Assembly: GCA_053919585.1 (NCBI GenBank)
Contig: CM132788.1
Source of the DNA: Euprymna scolopes
Taxonomy: Eukaryota
Direction: 5' to 3' (one strand)
Length of the DNA: 64,000 bases
The translations under genes were made by a program, and so were the position numbers. Below are positions 39,901-52,560 of the stretch, in pieces. The notes beneath the pieces are model-generated. The model did no database searches. It worked only from the letters and a program-made list of their open reading frames with translations, and had not been told where the DNA came from. Every line of letters begins with the position of its first letter. Position 1 is the first letter of the stretch.

Positions 39901-41020
39901 TACCTAGCGCAGGTGGGATTGGAGTGCACGAACGGTTGAAGGACGGTGTATGGGTGCTGGGGTGTATGGAATGCAGTGAACTGTGGTGGAAGCAAGGAAA
40001 TGCAATTCCAGAGGCTCCCTTCCTCACCAATGAGTTGTCGACTTGTCGGGCACTTTCCGGTGTGCGGTTGGTTTCGTGTGGCTTGTGGAGTAACAAAGGG
40101 CTGGGATGATGAAGTGAGGGACACCGTACTGCATCCTTAGAATGTTTGCAGGAAGGTAATTGGAGCAGCAAAGTGCTACAATAAAGACAGAGCAAGGTGC
40201 TACACATAAAGACCATTGGGTCTCGGACACGCTAACTGGTAGGGGGCGAGTACGCACCAAAGCAGCAAGCACAGATGCTTATTATAGGAAGCGACTAAGC
40301 ACTCTCATAAAAGAGTACGTGCTGACACAGTGGACATGACGCTGGTTCAAGTGGACATGACACGAGTACCACAAAATGGTTGAAGCTTGACCCGGTGATA
40401 GGTGGACATCTGGGGGTGCGGTGTTTGTCAATCACGACAAAAGCAGCAAGCGTGATTCATGGAACAGACTGGAACAAGATTCATGGAACAGCACTTTCTC
40501 CTTCATGGATTCATGGAACAGCACTTTCTCCTTGCCATCTTCCTCATTATCACCGTTATTGAACGGTGATAATGAGGAAGATGGCAAGGAGAACGTGAAC
40601 AGTGATAATGAGGAAGATGGCAAGGAGAAAGTGCTGTTACCCGGTTCTTTGAAGAAGTACCCGACAAAGACGACTGCCCTCCCCCTTTCCTGTTGTGATC
40701 ATGAGTGTATCAGAATTAGCAATAATTGAAATGAGGGGAAATAAAGAGCTTACCTCGGGCTGAGTGGAAGAGATTTCCAAGAGGGCGTCCATGGGTTTTT
40801 ATTGGCGTTGACCCAATGAAATTCTTACAGAATCATGTCTGTTCTCGGGCGATTATGCAAATATATAATTGCTTATAGAAGATTGTAGATTGTGTGTGTG
40901 TAACTGTTTCTGGCAGTTGGATTGTTCTTGTATATGCGAGAAGCGAGTTACTTTCTGCCTTTTGTTTTTGGAGTTTTTGTCTCCTTCTTCATCAGCCAAG
41001 AAATCCCTCCCTGAGTAGTG

Positions 41021-43988
41021 CAGGTCGAAACTGACTATTTCCTATCTTTGTTCCTAAGACACAACATTTTTCTACATAAAACATGCTTAGCCAACTACAT
41101 TTATCTACATAAAACATGGTTTTCTCGCGAAAGATTAGGTTTTTCCTGCTTGAAAATTTACTCCCAACTGTTTTACTTCAGTATGTAAGCTGATTGCTGT
41201 TTAAAGAGTTTCTCTAATGTGTTGTCACCACTTGAATGCAAATGCAAAGCAAGACGAATATCTTTTTTGTAGGCATATTTTCAATGTTCATTCTGTTTTT
41301 GAACAGAAGTTACCTTTCCGACATATCTGATATTCTGAAAAGAAATTGATATTATTAAATTTCAGACGTATTTCAGAAGTATTAAGGTGTTAATAAATTT
41401 TGGGACTTCGTTTTTGGGAAGTTTCTAGTGTGATTTTATGTTCGTTTCGGCCCAGATGAAATTGCAATAAATCCATTTCTAAATTGTTTCGATTCCTTCA
41501 AAACTTCCTTGCTATTTTCTTAGTGTAAAAGAGCAATGGTTGATTAGTTGTAAAATGCCCGGCAAAGTCCCTTGATCATGAAATTTAAAATGCTCTGGAG
41601 AATTGATTGGTCCATTTCTGGTTGATTTAAAAATATCTTTCTGGTTGATTGGAAAATATCTTAATCTTCGAATTAGAGCGACGGTCATGGGAATCGAAAT
41701 AATCGTAGTAAATAGTAGTGTTTATGAAATTATTTTTCAATTCTTGCTAGCAAAGTGTGATTCGGCTGTGTTTTTCGGATTTCAGTGATTTGATTGGTTT
41801 GGAAAACTAAACTAAACTAAAGAGATGTTTTATATCGTGAGCGAGCAATTGACAAAATGAAAAATATCCAGTTTTACCTGCTTGAAAATTGTACTCCAAA
41901 CTGTTTCATAAAAGCTTGTGCAAATTGATTGCTGTTTAAATAATGCGCTGTCACCGCTTGAATTTAACGGATTAAGATTTATTGCACGGTGGGCTATTCA
42001 ATTTGTCAGGCGATCTCTTTTTTTTTCTCATTGGCTCACATACTTAAATCATTTGTTGAAAAAAAAAAAGCAAAGAACACAATTTGTTAATTGGAAGATA
42101 GTTTTTTCCATTTTCCGAGGTTTCTTAAAGAAGAGAAAAATAAATATCAAGACGATCGATCTCAAAATTGATATCTTTTTTTAAAAAATTTTCCATTGAA
42201 AAAAATTATTAAATATTTTGACATATTTTGAATTGATTGTAAAAATGCCTTGGCATTTTATTATTATTTTATTTATTTATTGGCAATTCTTGTTACTCTT
42301 ATTTGTCTCTCAGTCCTCATTTCCAATGAGTAATGTTTCTGACAAAGGGTGAAGAAAAAGCTGCTCTCGAGGTGTCCTGAGCTGTCGAAAATTTTCTGTT
42401 CCTGTGGCCATGTAAGTAAGGGTTGCTAGAGGTTTCATCTGGGCTGACGTTATCCAAACCTTAGATTAGATTGGAGTAAGGAAGCCGTCCTATCAGCTGG
42501 TGCAAAATACTAGCTGATAAGACGGCTTCCTTACTCCAATCTAATCTAAGGTTTGGATAACGTCAGCCAAGATGAAACCTCTAGCAACCCTTACTTACAT
42601 GGCCACAGGAACAGAAAATTTTCGACATATCAGGACATCTCGAGAACAGCTTTTTCTTCACCCTTTGTCAGAAACATTACTCATTGGAAATGAGGACTGA
42701 GAGACAAATAAGAGGAAGCAAGAGTAACAAGAATTGCCAATAAATAAATAAAATAATAATAAAATGCCAAGGCCTTTTTACAATCAATTCAAAATATGTC
42801 AAAATATTTAATAATTTTTTTCAATGGAAAATTTTTTACAGAAAGATATCAATTTTGAGATCAATCGTCTTGACTTGATATTTATATTTTTTCTCTTCTT
42901 TAAGAAACCTCGGAAAATGGAAAAAAACTAATACGCTCAGAAATATCTTCCAATTAACAAATTGTGTTCTTTGTTTTTTTTTAGATATCAACGAATTATT
43001 TAAGTATGTGAGCCAATGAGAAAAAAAAAAAAAAAAGAGATCGCCTGACAAATTGAATAGCCCACCGTGCAATAAATCCGTTAAATTCAAGCGGTGACAG
43101 CGCATTATTTAAACAGCAATCAATTTGCACAAGCTTTTATGAAACAGTTTGGAGTACAATTTCCAAGCAGGTAAAACTGGATATTTTTTATTTTTTCAAT
43201 TGCTCGCTCGCGATATAAACATCACTTTAGTTTAGTTTAGTTTAGTTTAGTTTTCCAAACCAATCAAATCACTGAAATCCGAAAAACACAGCCGAATCAC
43301 ACTTTGCTAGCAACTGTACTTTTTATCAAGAATTGAAAAATAATTTCATAAACACTACGATTATTTCGATTCCCATGACCGTCACTCTAATTCGAAGATT
43401 AAGATATTTTCCAATCAACCAGAAAGATATTTTTCAATCAACCATAAATGGACCAATCAATTCTCCAGAGCATTTTAAATTTCCAGATTAAGGGACTAAG
43501 ACATTTTACAACTAATCAATCATTTCTCTTTTACAATAAGGAAATAGCAAGAAAGTTTTGAAAGAATCGAAACAATTTAGAAATGGATTTATTGTCGAAA
43601 CGAACATAAAATCATACTAGAAACTTCCCAAAAACGAAGTCCCAAAATTTATTAACACCTTAATACGTCTGAAACACGAAGCAATATCAATTTCTTTTCA
43701 AAATATCAGATATGTCGGAAAGGTAACTTCTGTTCAAAAACAGAATGGACGTTGAAAGATATTCGAAACAGTATATTCGTCTTGCTTTGCATTTACATTC
43801 AAGTGGTGACAGCACATTAGAGAAACTCTTTAAACAGCAATCAGCTTACATACTGAAGTTGGGAGTAAATTTTCAAGCAGGGAAAACCTAACCTTTCGCG
43901 ATAAAAAAATGTAGTTGGCCAAGCATGTTTTATGTAGAAAAATGTAGTGTCTCAGGAACAAAGATAGGAAATATTCAGTTTCGCCCTG
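41021..43988. repeat. ~3-kb imperfect palindrome (arms ~1.48 kb, ~7-nt spacer at 42502-42508)
   Basis: 42509-43988 is the reverse complement of 41021-42501. Forward sequence resumes at ~44010 where it broke off at the centre. Confidence 0.93.
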
Positions 43989-45239
43989 TAGTAGAGGAAT
44001 ATTCATTTTCGGCCGTCCTGGTGCAAAATACTGTATTGCATTTGGTGAATGGACTCTGGACTATTCTATTGATGCCATACTAGTGGGTAATTGTTATGGT
44101 CACAAAAAAAAAAATGAAAATAAATCCTCTCTTTTTCTCTTATACCCTGGAAAACCTCATCAGAAAAATTAAAGAATTTAAGAATTCAGGTGATGCGTTA
44201 TCTCCCTCTCAAGTGTCCTGCTCTAACCAAGTCTGTCGACCTATTACTCAAATCCCAATCTTCAACATTTTTGAAATACCTCCAGAAAAATTTTTTTTTT
44301 TCAACATTTTGAAATACCTCCAGAAAAATAACAACGTAGACGTACGGTACTGGGTTTTTATTGGCGTTGACACAATGAAATTCTTACAGAATCATGTCTG
44401 CTCTTATGAAGTTAAACATGGCTTAAAAATAACTTTTTAAGCCACTGCAACCAAAATGGCTTAAATGTGTCTTGCTATTACGATTTGAATATGAGCAAAA
44501 AATTGACAAAATAAGCAAGAATCCATTGTACTTTCCAATTGTGGCAATTGCATTGCAACGTTGCAAAAGTGTTCAAACCTAAAAGGCAAGAGTTTTTGGG
44601 AATTCTTTGCATCAAATGAATAAATTGTGACCCCTTTTTTGAGAAGTATGCGGCTGTATTTTTTGTATATTTAGTTCATTGATTTGCTTGTTTAGAAAAC
44701 TTAACAAAACTAAATAGGTGTTTTTCTTGCAAGCGAGCAATTGACAAAATGAAAATATTCAGTTGTACCTGCTTGAAAATTGTACGCACAACTGTTTCAT
44801 AAAATCTACGGTATGTAAGCTGATTGTAAGCTTGCTGTGTGTGTGATGATGAGAAAGTGAAGGACTGTCGAAAACGTGGAACACGGTGTACATTCGTACA
44901 CACTCGCTCGGAACGTCTCGGGAAACGCACAAGGCGCATAAGCGTCCTCCCCTTCCCCACCAAGATGCGAACTCAACGCTCCTAGTGACTCCTGTCACGT
45001 TTGATGGGGACGCTCTAGGACGGGGCGCTTAGAAAATGCTCTAGAACGGCGCCGATCTTGGAGAAAAACGAACATGAATGCCCAAACGATTGGTGGAATA
45101 TCCCATGCGCGCTGCAGTGTCGTTGTCGTTGTGTAGCCGGCAGAAAGAATATAAAATTCACACCCATTTCTATTATTTCACCGCCAGCTTTGACCATCAA
45201 AACCTAACGTCGACCGCATTGTGGCTACACAATCCAATC

Positions 45240-45510
45240 GAGTAGGTCATCAAAATTCTCCCTCCAGCTATGAAGAATGTCAGAAGAATGTCGGAGAAGA
45301 CCCCCACCATCCCTCGAGCGCAATGGAGTGATAAGTGATCTGGATATAGGCTTGTATAAGACCTTGGTGTTGCTAGAAGCCGAGGCAAGCTGTATTTACT
45401 CCTCTGCACCTCACCTGTGATTGCCTTAAAATTGTCCCTAAATCGATCTTGCCCACAATTCGTCAAACCACCTCGGAGATAAGCATGCAGCACCATGCAT
45501 GCAGTACAGG
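45240..45510 (-). mobile_element. RTE LINE linker fragment
   Basis: Alternative minus frame reads IQLASASSNTKVLYK...TPLRSRDGGGLL...ILHSWRENFDDLL, resembling the RTE APE-RT linker. Confidence 0.6.
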
Positions 45511-45659
45511 GTCTTTGTGACTAACATGAGAAAATTAACAAATATAGACTTTGGAGTCTTACTCTTGACTGGCAACATTTATCATATACCTCATTCAGCG
45601 TTAAAAATAAAAAAGCATATATACAATTTGTAAAAACTTGTCTGTATGTTTTTGTATGC

Positions 45660-48600
45660 AGTTTTTTTTTTTTTATAAATATTAATTGTAATATTTTGTG
45701 TGTGTGTGTGTAAAAATGTTCAAATTCATTGGAAAATAAAATCTTTGGAATTAAGAGTAAAAATGTTCGTGGGGTGGGGAAAGCTAATCAAAAAAGTTCA
45801 TTTCAAAAATAAATCCTACTGGACTAATCTAGATGACTAGACCCTCCCCTCCCACTGTTTTCCGGGGAACCGAAAACAAGCAGGGCGATTGGGGATTGGG
45901 GATGAAGCCTTAATGGAAATGAGAGAAAACAAAGGAACGGGGATATCAAAAAGCAAAGATGTGGTGCAAAGGGGATGGGCAGACTCTAATACCAAAAAAT
46001 AAAATCAGGAACAGGATCTCATTTGTAAGCGGGATGAGTTCCGAAGGACCCAGCATCGCCCGTGCCATGCTTAAGGGGGGAACACGTATTGAAACTTGGC
46101 TCCTCGACGGATGCACAAACTAGTGTTGTTGAATTTCACTCCAGGCAACCTCCTCCAATCACATCTGATCTTTACTTTAAGCAAATGTTTAAAGTAAACA
46201 ATCAGATCCTGATTCGGAACAGATGTCCCTTCGCGAACCAACTATACACCAGGAAAACCATTCTTTCCTCCCTGGGGAACGGCGGCTCCATGTTGTAAAC
46301 GAAATATCCTATGTCGAGATCGAGCAGCCACTCCGACTTACTTCAATAGGGCCTGGATCCGGCTACAACTAAAAAACGCATGCTTGACTGAATCGAGCCT
46401 GTGTTCATCGCAGCGCGGACCTCGTTTGTTCTTTGTACATGCTGAATTCGTCGAAGAGGGGCAGTGCTTTTCGGATCAGTCGCCAGGTCAGGGAGAATTT
46501 CGAGTTTGTCAGAAAATCCTGTCCCGGTGCCCAACTCCATCGACCAACCTAACCGAGGATCCTTCGCGGTACTCACCACTAACTCCCGATAAAGTCTCTT
46601 TCTAGGCTGTTCGAGGACACTGGCAAAGCTCTAAGTACGGTCCGGCATTCGGCAAAGAACTTGGACTCCCCCTTCGGCCTCCGACCTTCTACCGAATGGG
46701 TTAGGTTTGAAATTGGGAAACGAGTTCTCAACTGCAGGGACCCAAGGAGTATTCTCCTCTAGCGAATGACCCAGGAAAGCCAACCTCTCTGCATTTCTAT
46801 GACAAGAGACTGGGCTGGCTCAGACTCACACAGACCTCTCCGCTTACACAGAAGTGAGTCGAGGCATCTTTGTAAGTGTTCTGCAGGGAGAGGAAGTACA
46901 GACATCGGTAAAGGATGAGCGGAAAGATGTATGTAGCACATGCCTCCGCTCAACACTTCAAGGACAATTTCCTTCAAATCCAAGTCTTGACCGACGATTT
47001 GACCTTGATCTGTACTTCTGACCAATTCTTCTCCAGTTGAAGTCCCGGTCCAAACCGGCCCATCGGTCCAGCTGAAGATTCCTGGAAGCGAGTTTACCCT
47101 GGCCCAGGCCGACAGACTTGCTGCGGTTGAAGACGGCCCCTGTGACTTCTTCATATCGAGCGAGCGCCTTGAACGTCTTGAACACGAACACGGTGACGTC
47201 ATCGGCGAACGCGAAAACCCTGGCTCGTGTGTCTCCAGGTAAAGCAATTCCGCGCAGGACTGGTCTAGTCGCCTTGTCCCTTAACTTGCGAAGGTGGGGT
47301 TCCAACGCCAGGCCGTACAAAAGAGGCGACAGTGGGTAACCCTGACGCACCGACCGGGAGACGGCGAACGGCTCCAACAGCTTACCGTTGATCTGCCTAT
47401 CATACAGGACAAAGATTCACTTGCGGAAGCCCGGATTAAAAAAAAAGTCACCCTAATGGGTTCCGGATCCACTAAGAAGCCTTGCAACCGTCAAAAAAAG
47501 AATTGGGAGCATAAACAGCGACAATCTGTAAAACACTGCAATTAAAGGCAACATCAAAAACGAGCGCCCGCCCGTCCTCGCCTGTGTGAACAACAGTCAT
47601 CGACGCTGGGTGCGACTTAGCTATAAGTATTGCTATATGCTTAGTAAACATCGTAATCATTTACCAGCACCTGACAATCCTCGTCACAAACAAAGTAGGT
47701 CTCCTGGATAGCGGCAATATCTACCTTAAGGGACACCAAGTCTCACAACGCACGAGGCCCCTCACATTAAAAGTGGCCAAGTTCAAAGACATGTTCACTT
47801 ACCTTAAGCAGTGTCACAGGTCTGAAATCCTTGGCAGTCAGGATGTGGTAGGCCTGGCCAAGACTTCCGGTGAGTAAGTCTTCTTCGGGCTGACCATCCT
47901 TGGCTACGCCTCCCACATCCAGAGGAAAGATTAGTTTTAACGCCCTGTATAGTGATGGGTGAACTACCCTCGCATTTCACCAGAGTCTTTAAGGGTGATC
48001 CATGTTTTAGGCCTGGTATCGCTTCTTTGGCTGCCTCCAACATTGACCACAGGGCTTCTGTACGTGAGTCCTTATTGTTCCTTACGAAGGTGGTCAACAT
48101 TGGAGCGTCTGGAAATTGAGCGGAGGCAGTCATGTTGTTGCTACCAATGTACACCAAGTCTCTGAGCTTGTTGTACTGAGTCTTCTGCTTGCCCTTCAAC
48201 TGATGGCAGAAGACTCGTTTCACAGATCCTTCCTCCAAGAAGGAATGGAAGTTTCTTAGTTCGCTCTGTGCAAACCTTGTTGAGAGGAGGAGGAGAAGAA
48301 GGGGGAGGAGGGGCAGGTGTGTTTGGTGCTGGGGAGGGTTCCATTTCTTTTTCTTTCCTATATCTGGAGTTAGTATTTTAGTAAGAGTGGGTTGATTTTG
48401 TGAGGGGGTTGCTCGCTCTGGCTGTGAGGTTTGGGGGATTCAGCCTCGGCATTTACTGGGATGTCTCTTTCAGAGGGTGTGGGGTCGCTCCTTGCCCTCC
48501 TTCTCTTCCTTTTCTTCGACCTTCTTGACTCTGCTGTTACTGTTGCTGCTTTGGAGATCGTGCTTGCTTTTTCTTTTCAGACACCACCTCCTCTTCCTCA

Positions 48601-49200
48601 GACTCTTGTAATTTCCTTTTGGTCGAGGAGAGAGGAGTCTCCGTGTCCATGGGTGTTACCTTGTCTGCTTGGTCTCTGGTCACCATTTGCTTGGGCTGGT
48701 TTTTGGCATTTTTGCCCTTTCTGGTGAGCATTGACCATCCGCCTTCAGTTGTAGAAGCAGTCTGCATTGTGGCAGAAGTTGTAGGTGCAACTGCAACTGG
48801 GGCTTTGGATGGATGTTCCCTGTGGCCTTTGTGGCAGTCTTTGGTCATATGCATATATTGGTCTTCTGGCAGTGCCAGCAGTTTGGTTTCCTGCCATCCA
48901 CTATTATCGACAGAGTCGATTTGCTGGCACCTTATTGAATTTGGATTTCTCCATCTCCATTATCAATTTATAGTCTCCCGTCATAACATTCTGTTGACCG
49001 TGGACTGGGGAGATTGTTTCGACGTCGCCACTGATGATTGCCCCGAGCTGTTTTCAATCACGGGACGTTCAGCACGGAGACGTTAGTCCTCCTTTTGTTG
49101 AGGTACTCAGGCTGTAACCGGATATTCTTCCTTGACAGTGGGCTAGCCGGTATCAGCAAAGGTCGAATGTGAGCAGGGAGAGGACTCGTTTTTGGAGTTC
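45660..49200 (-). mobile_element. Decayed Tx1/L1-clade LINE (ORF1 and APE-RT ORF2 remnants)
   Basis: LATFNVRG and IAAIQET (APE, ~47790-47700), IVAVYAPN, SRSVRQGYPLSPLLYGLALEP, FADDVTVF. Low-complexity ORF1 remnants at 47800-49150. Ends approximate. Confidence 0.8.
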
Positions 49201-51036
49201 TTCTATTTGACCGGGCAAGGATACAATGTTAATCCCATCAGTGAACTCCTTATATTTGCTGTCAAACAAATGTACTAGCCCAGCGTCGCCCAGGCTGGAT
49301 TACATGAAATGATACTGAAATTCAGACTCTGCTTGATTCAAAGGCCAGGACGCTGCATGCATATCTCGGGAGTGGTTTGACAAATGGTGACATACGGTGC
49401 CATATCTCGGGGGTGGTTTGACAAATTATTAATTATTCTCCAATGCGCTCCAATGCAAGTACAAAAGTACTCACCAATATGCTTCGCGACTTGCTCTAAT
49501 GCAGATGATTTTGGTCTGGTGGCTCTTGTGGATGCCTTTGCGCTTGCCTGCAGTGCATTGTGGACTGATAGTCTGAAAAAAAAACTGTCTTAATAGGTTT
49601 TAATCGAAATTAATTCTTTAGTGCGATTTCAGATATCCGCTTCAGAAATAATCAAAGAAATTGCTGTTATTAAATTTGTGATGCTACTATGATGAGAAAG
49701 TGAAGGACTGTTGAAAACGCGGAACACGGTGTTATTGGTGCAGTTAAGGTGTACATTGGGCTTGGAACGTCTCGGGAAACGTGCAATTTAGAAATTAATA
49801 ATCAATAATTTCATAAACACTACTATTTACCGCGATTACTTCGATTCCTACTTAAGAAAAACGGCATATGTCAGAAATCGCACTAAAGTTTCTGGTCAGG
49901 AGCAGATGCTTAAGGGTGATTTCTGACAAAAAAAACATTGATGCAAAAAATTTCCAATACTCTCGCGCCTTAATTTACAACCGCATTCCACGCTTAAACA
50001 GCGATAAACAGCAATTAAACTTTGATTAAAAACTAGCGCAACTACAGTGCATCAATAACGCAACAATTGGAGTGTTATTCAGAAGCTTGTAAAACGAAGT
50101 CCCAAAATTTATTTACGCCTTAATTTACAGACCTCACCCTATGGATCGGTAAAAGCGAAACACATAAGGCTGGCTGCATCCACAAGAAAGCAAGAGCAAA
50201 TTTAATAACAGCAATTTCTTTGCTTTGTTCAATCGGAACAAATCAAAGAAATTGCTGTTTGATTTGAATGTCAGATATCACACTAAAGATTCTGTTCAAA
50301 AACTCTCTCAGAATGAAGGTTGACAAAAAAATATTCATCTTGATTTGCAAGCGCCTTAGAGAAACTGTAAACAGCCATCAGCAACTAGCATGCCGAAACT
50401 GTTAGGAAAAAGTTGGGAATACAATTTTCAAGCGGGGTACAGCCGAATCTTTTTCATTTTGCTCGCTCGCCAGAAAAACATAGCTCCGACTGACAATACA
50501 GGAATCTTTGGTAGCGCCACTCAAGCGCTGATGGTTTACTTGTGTTGCATGCACATTTGTTTTGCCTAGATCTGAAACTACGAAATAAAATGAAATGACA
50601 GCTCAATTTAAACCAACTCCTCCTGGCATCCATGGACTTAGAGCTAACTTAGATGATTTCTCGTGTTCTGGACATGCGTGTCCAAAACTTTTTCCTTTGT
50701 TTACAAAGGGAATTTTAACCTATATTCCCAATAACCTATTTTTCCAATATGTTAAAAACATGTTTATTAAATTATCTTGTATAGTTGCATTCCTCAATTG
50801 AATTTTTCATAACAGACTTGTCAACGCACATTCTTTTCTTGAAACTATTTTATCTCTAATGGTTTGTTTTACATTCCATTTTCTAATTCCCTCTCGTAAT
50901 CTATTTCTAAACCTAATTTACGAGGTTCGAATTTCGTCAAAACCTAAATTTTCTAAACCTAAATTTTCTAAACCTAAATTACGAGGTTTGAATTTTCATT
51001 TTAACTAAATCTCTCTATTTTTATATGTATATGTAA

Positions 51037-51037
<1 letters not shown>

Positions 51038-51100
<63 letters not shown>
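51038..51100. repeat. (TA)n microsatellite
   Basis: Direct reading. Confidence 0.95.
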
Positions 51101-51105
<5 letters not shown>

Positions 51106-51179
51106 CATATTGGTATACATATTTCCGTTGGTACCATTAAAGCTACGGCTTTAATGGTACCAACGGAAAAGTTGGCTTT

Positions 51180-52190
51180 GTGGCTGTGAACTAAAAAAGG
51201 CATTGTTCTGCTTTCCTTGTTTGTTGTTAGGGGGTGATGTAACATGGACAAAAGATAGTTTCAGAACTATTAGCAAAATGAAAGATAGAACTGAAAAGCA
51301 TGAGAAGCACGTTGACAATGTAGTTTCCCTTAGAAACTTAGTGAGGCCTGCAGACTTTCAATCAATCATCATAACATGAATGTAAAGAAGAACCGTGAAA
51401 TTTTATCTAAAATTGTATTTGTGGGAACTTTGAAACTCCCTTATGAGGACATGATGAAAAAGATGATTCAGTAAATCCAAGTGTAGAGTATTTTTTTTTA
51501 AATTTTATTTAATCTGTAAAGTTTAAAAGAAATATATTTGTATATATTTTTTTACTCTGTAAAGTGTACAAAATTTAAAATAGTGTTTTTTAATTAAAAT
51601 GTTTTTGTGTATTACCCCCTTTTTGACAGCTTACAATGGCAAAGTTAAAAATATTTGTATTAAAAAAAAGCAATTTTAATGACAAGCTTATTTTGTTATA
51701 CGTTTTAAATAAAACCGTTGTTAAATAGTAAAACTATAGAGGATTTTTAAATTTTGCATCTTAATTAGATCCAGATTTAAAGAATCACTTAGAAACCAGT
51801 AATGTCTTCAAAGGTGTTTCTAAGACTATTCAGAATGACATACTTGACTATCTTTTACAAATATACCGTGTAAGGCAGAAATTAGCAAAGCTTCCTTTGT
51901 AGCTGTCATGGCTGATGATACAACAGATGTGTCTGAACATACACAAATGATCATTGTTTTACATTTTTTCATCTTGGATGAAAAAATACTTGAACGCATT
52001 TGGGGATTCTTTATTCCAGAAAACCAAACCGCTGATGGGATATCAAAATGTATTCTACAACAATTAGATATAATCCTTCAAGAGAATCGCCAAAAACTGG
52101 TAGCTCAGACATTTGATGATGCAAATGCCATGAAAGGCAAAAAAGCTGGTGCTCAGGCGAAAATAAAAGCAGTTTATAGCGATGTGCATA
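51180..52190 (+). pseudogene. hAT-superfamily transposase remnant (DUF4371/ZMYM1-like)
   Basis: SKTIQND upstream; MADDTTDVS...ERIWGF...ADGI...LVAQTFDDANAMKG...GAQAKIK. Truncated by a LINE fragment at ~52190. Confidence 0.8.
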
Positions 52191-52560
52191 TTCCAGCCAC
52201 CACTGATCCTTCTGAAAGAAGAATCCAGGTTGTCCTTGATGACTATACGTCCAACATGTGGGTGTACCTCAGGGATCGATAAACTTACCTGATAAAATTG
52301 TCTCTAAGACAACGCCACACTATAGATAGCAGGCATGTGGGGAAAATTAATGAGCACATAATGGCTACAAGACTTGGAATGGGGTCAAAACGGTGCCAAG
52401 ACACCAACCACCAAAGATACATTACCTGAAAGTACTTCCTTCAAATTCCTCAGTTTAACGTTCACAGAGAACATGAGTTGGAATAGATACATCGAGATAA
52501 GTAACTTTCTAGCACGGCAGTCTTGGCAATGGCCAAGACTGCCGTGGATTCCTCATCAAA
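52190..52560 (+). mobile_element. CR1/L2-like RT fragment
   Basis: RRIQVVLD...GVPQGS; FKFLSLTFTENMSWNRYI. Confidence 0.6.

Larger units (their letters stand above)
10430..45240 (+). repeat. Diverged tandem array of ~2.3-2.7-kb composite units made of a miniaturised Ty3/gypsy plus AT-rich spacer (interrupted at 25845-31672, 32298-37188 and by the palindrome arm)
   Basis: RT marker F(G/S)LNVAPL...AYIDD at ~11925, 14248, 16884, 19614, 21945, 38346, 39787. Gag knuckle marker tgttactggtgcagtgag at ~13519, 16171, 18918, 21403, 37638, 39090. Spacer marker gtgcagggcgaaactgaatatttcc at ~11430, 15364, 18081, 20564, 23173, 25317, 31899, 41018. Confidence 0.9.

Noticed and set aside
11875-45200. Dozens of 60-200-aa ORFs in the gypsy-derived array as a gene family
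   Set aside because: Frames are not conserved between units, stops and frameshifts differ, and recognisable parts are gypsy remnants or their antisense.
45197-45496. 99-aa ORF as a host exon
   Set aside because: Another frame of the same strand matches the RTE APE-RT linker.
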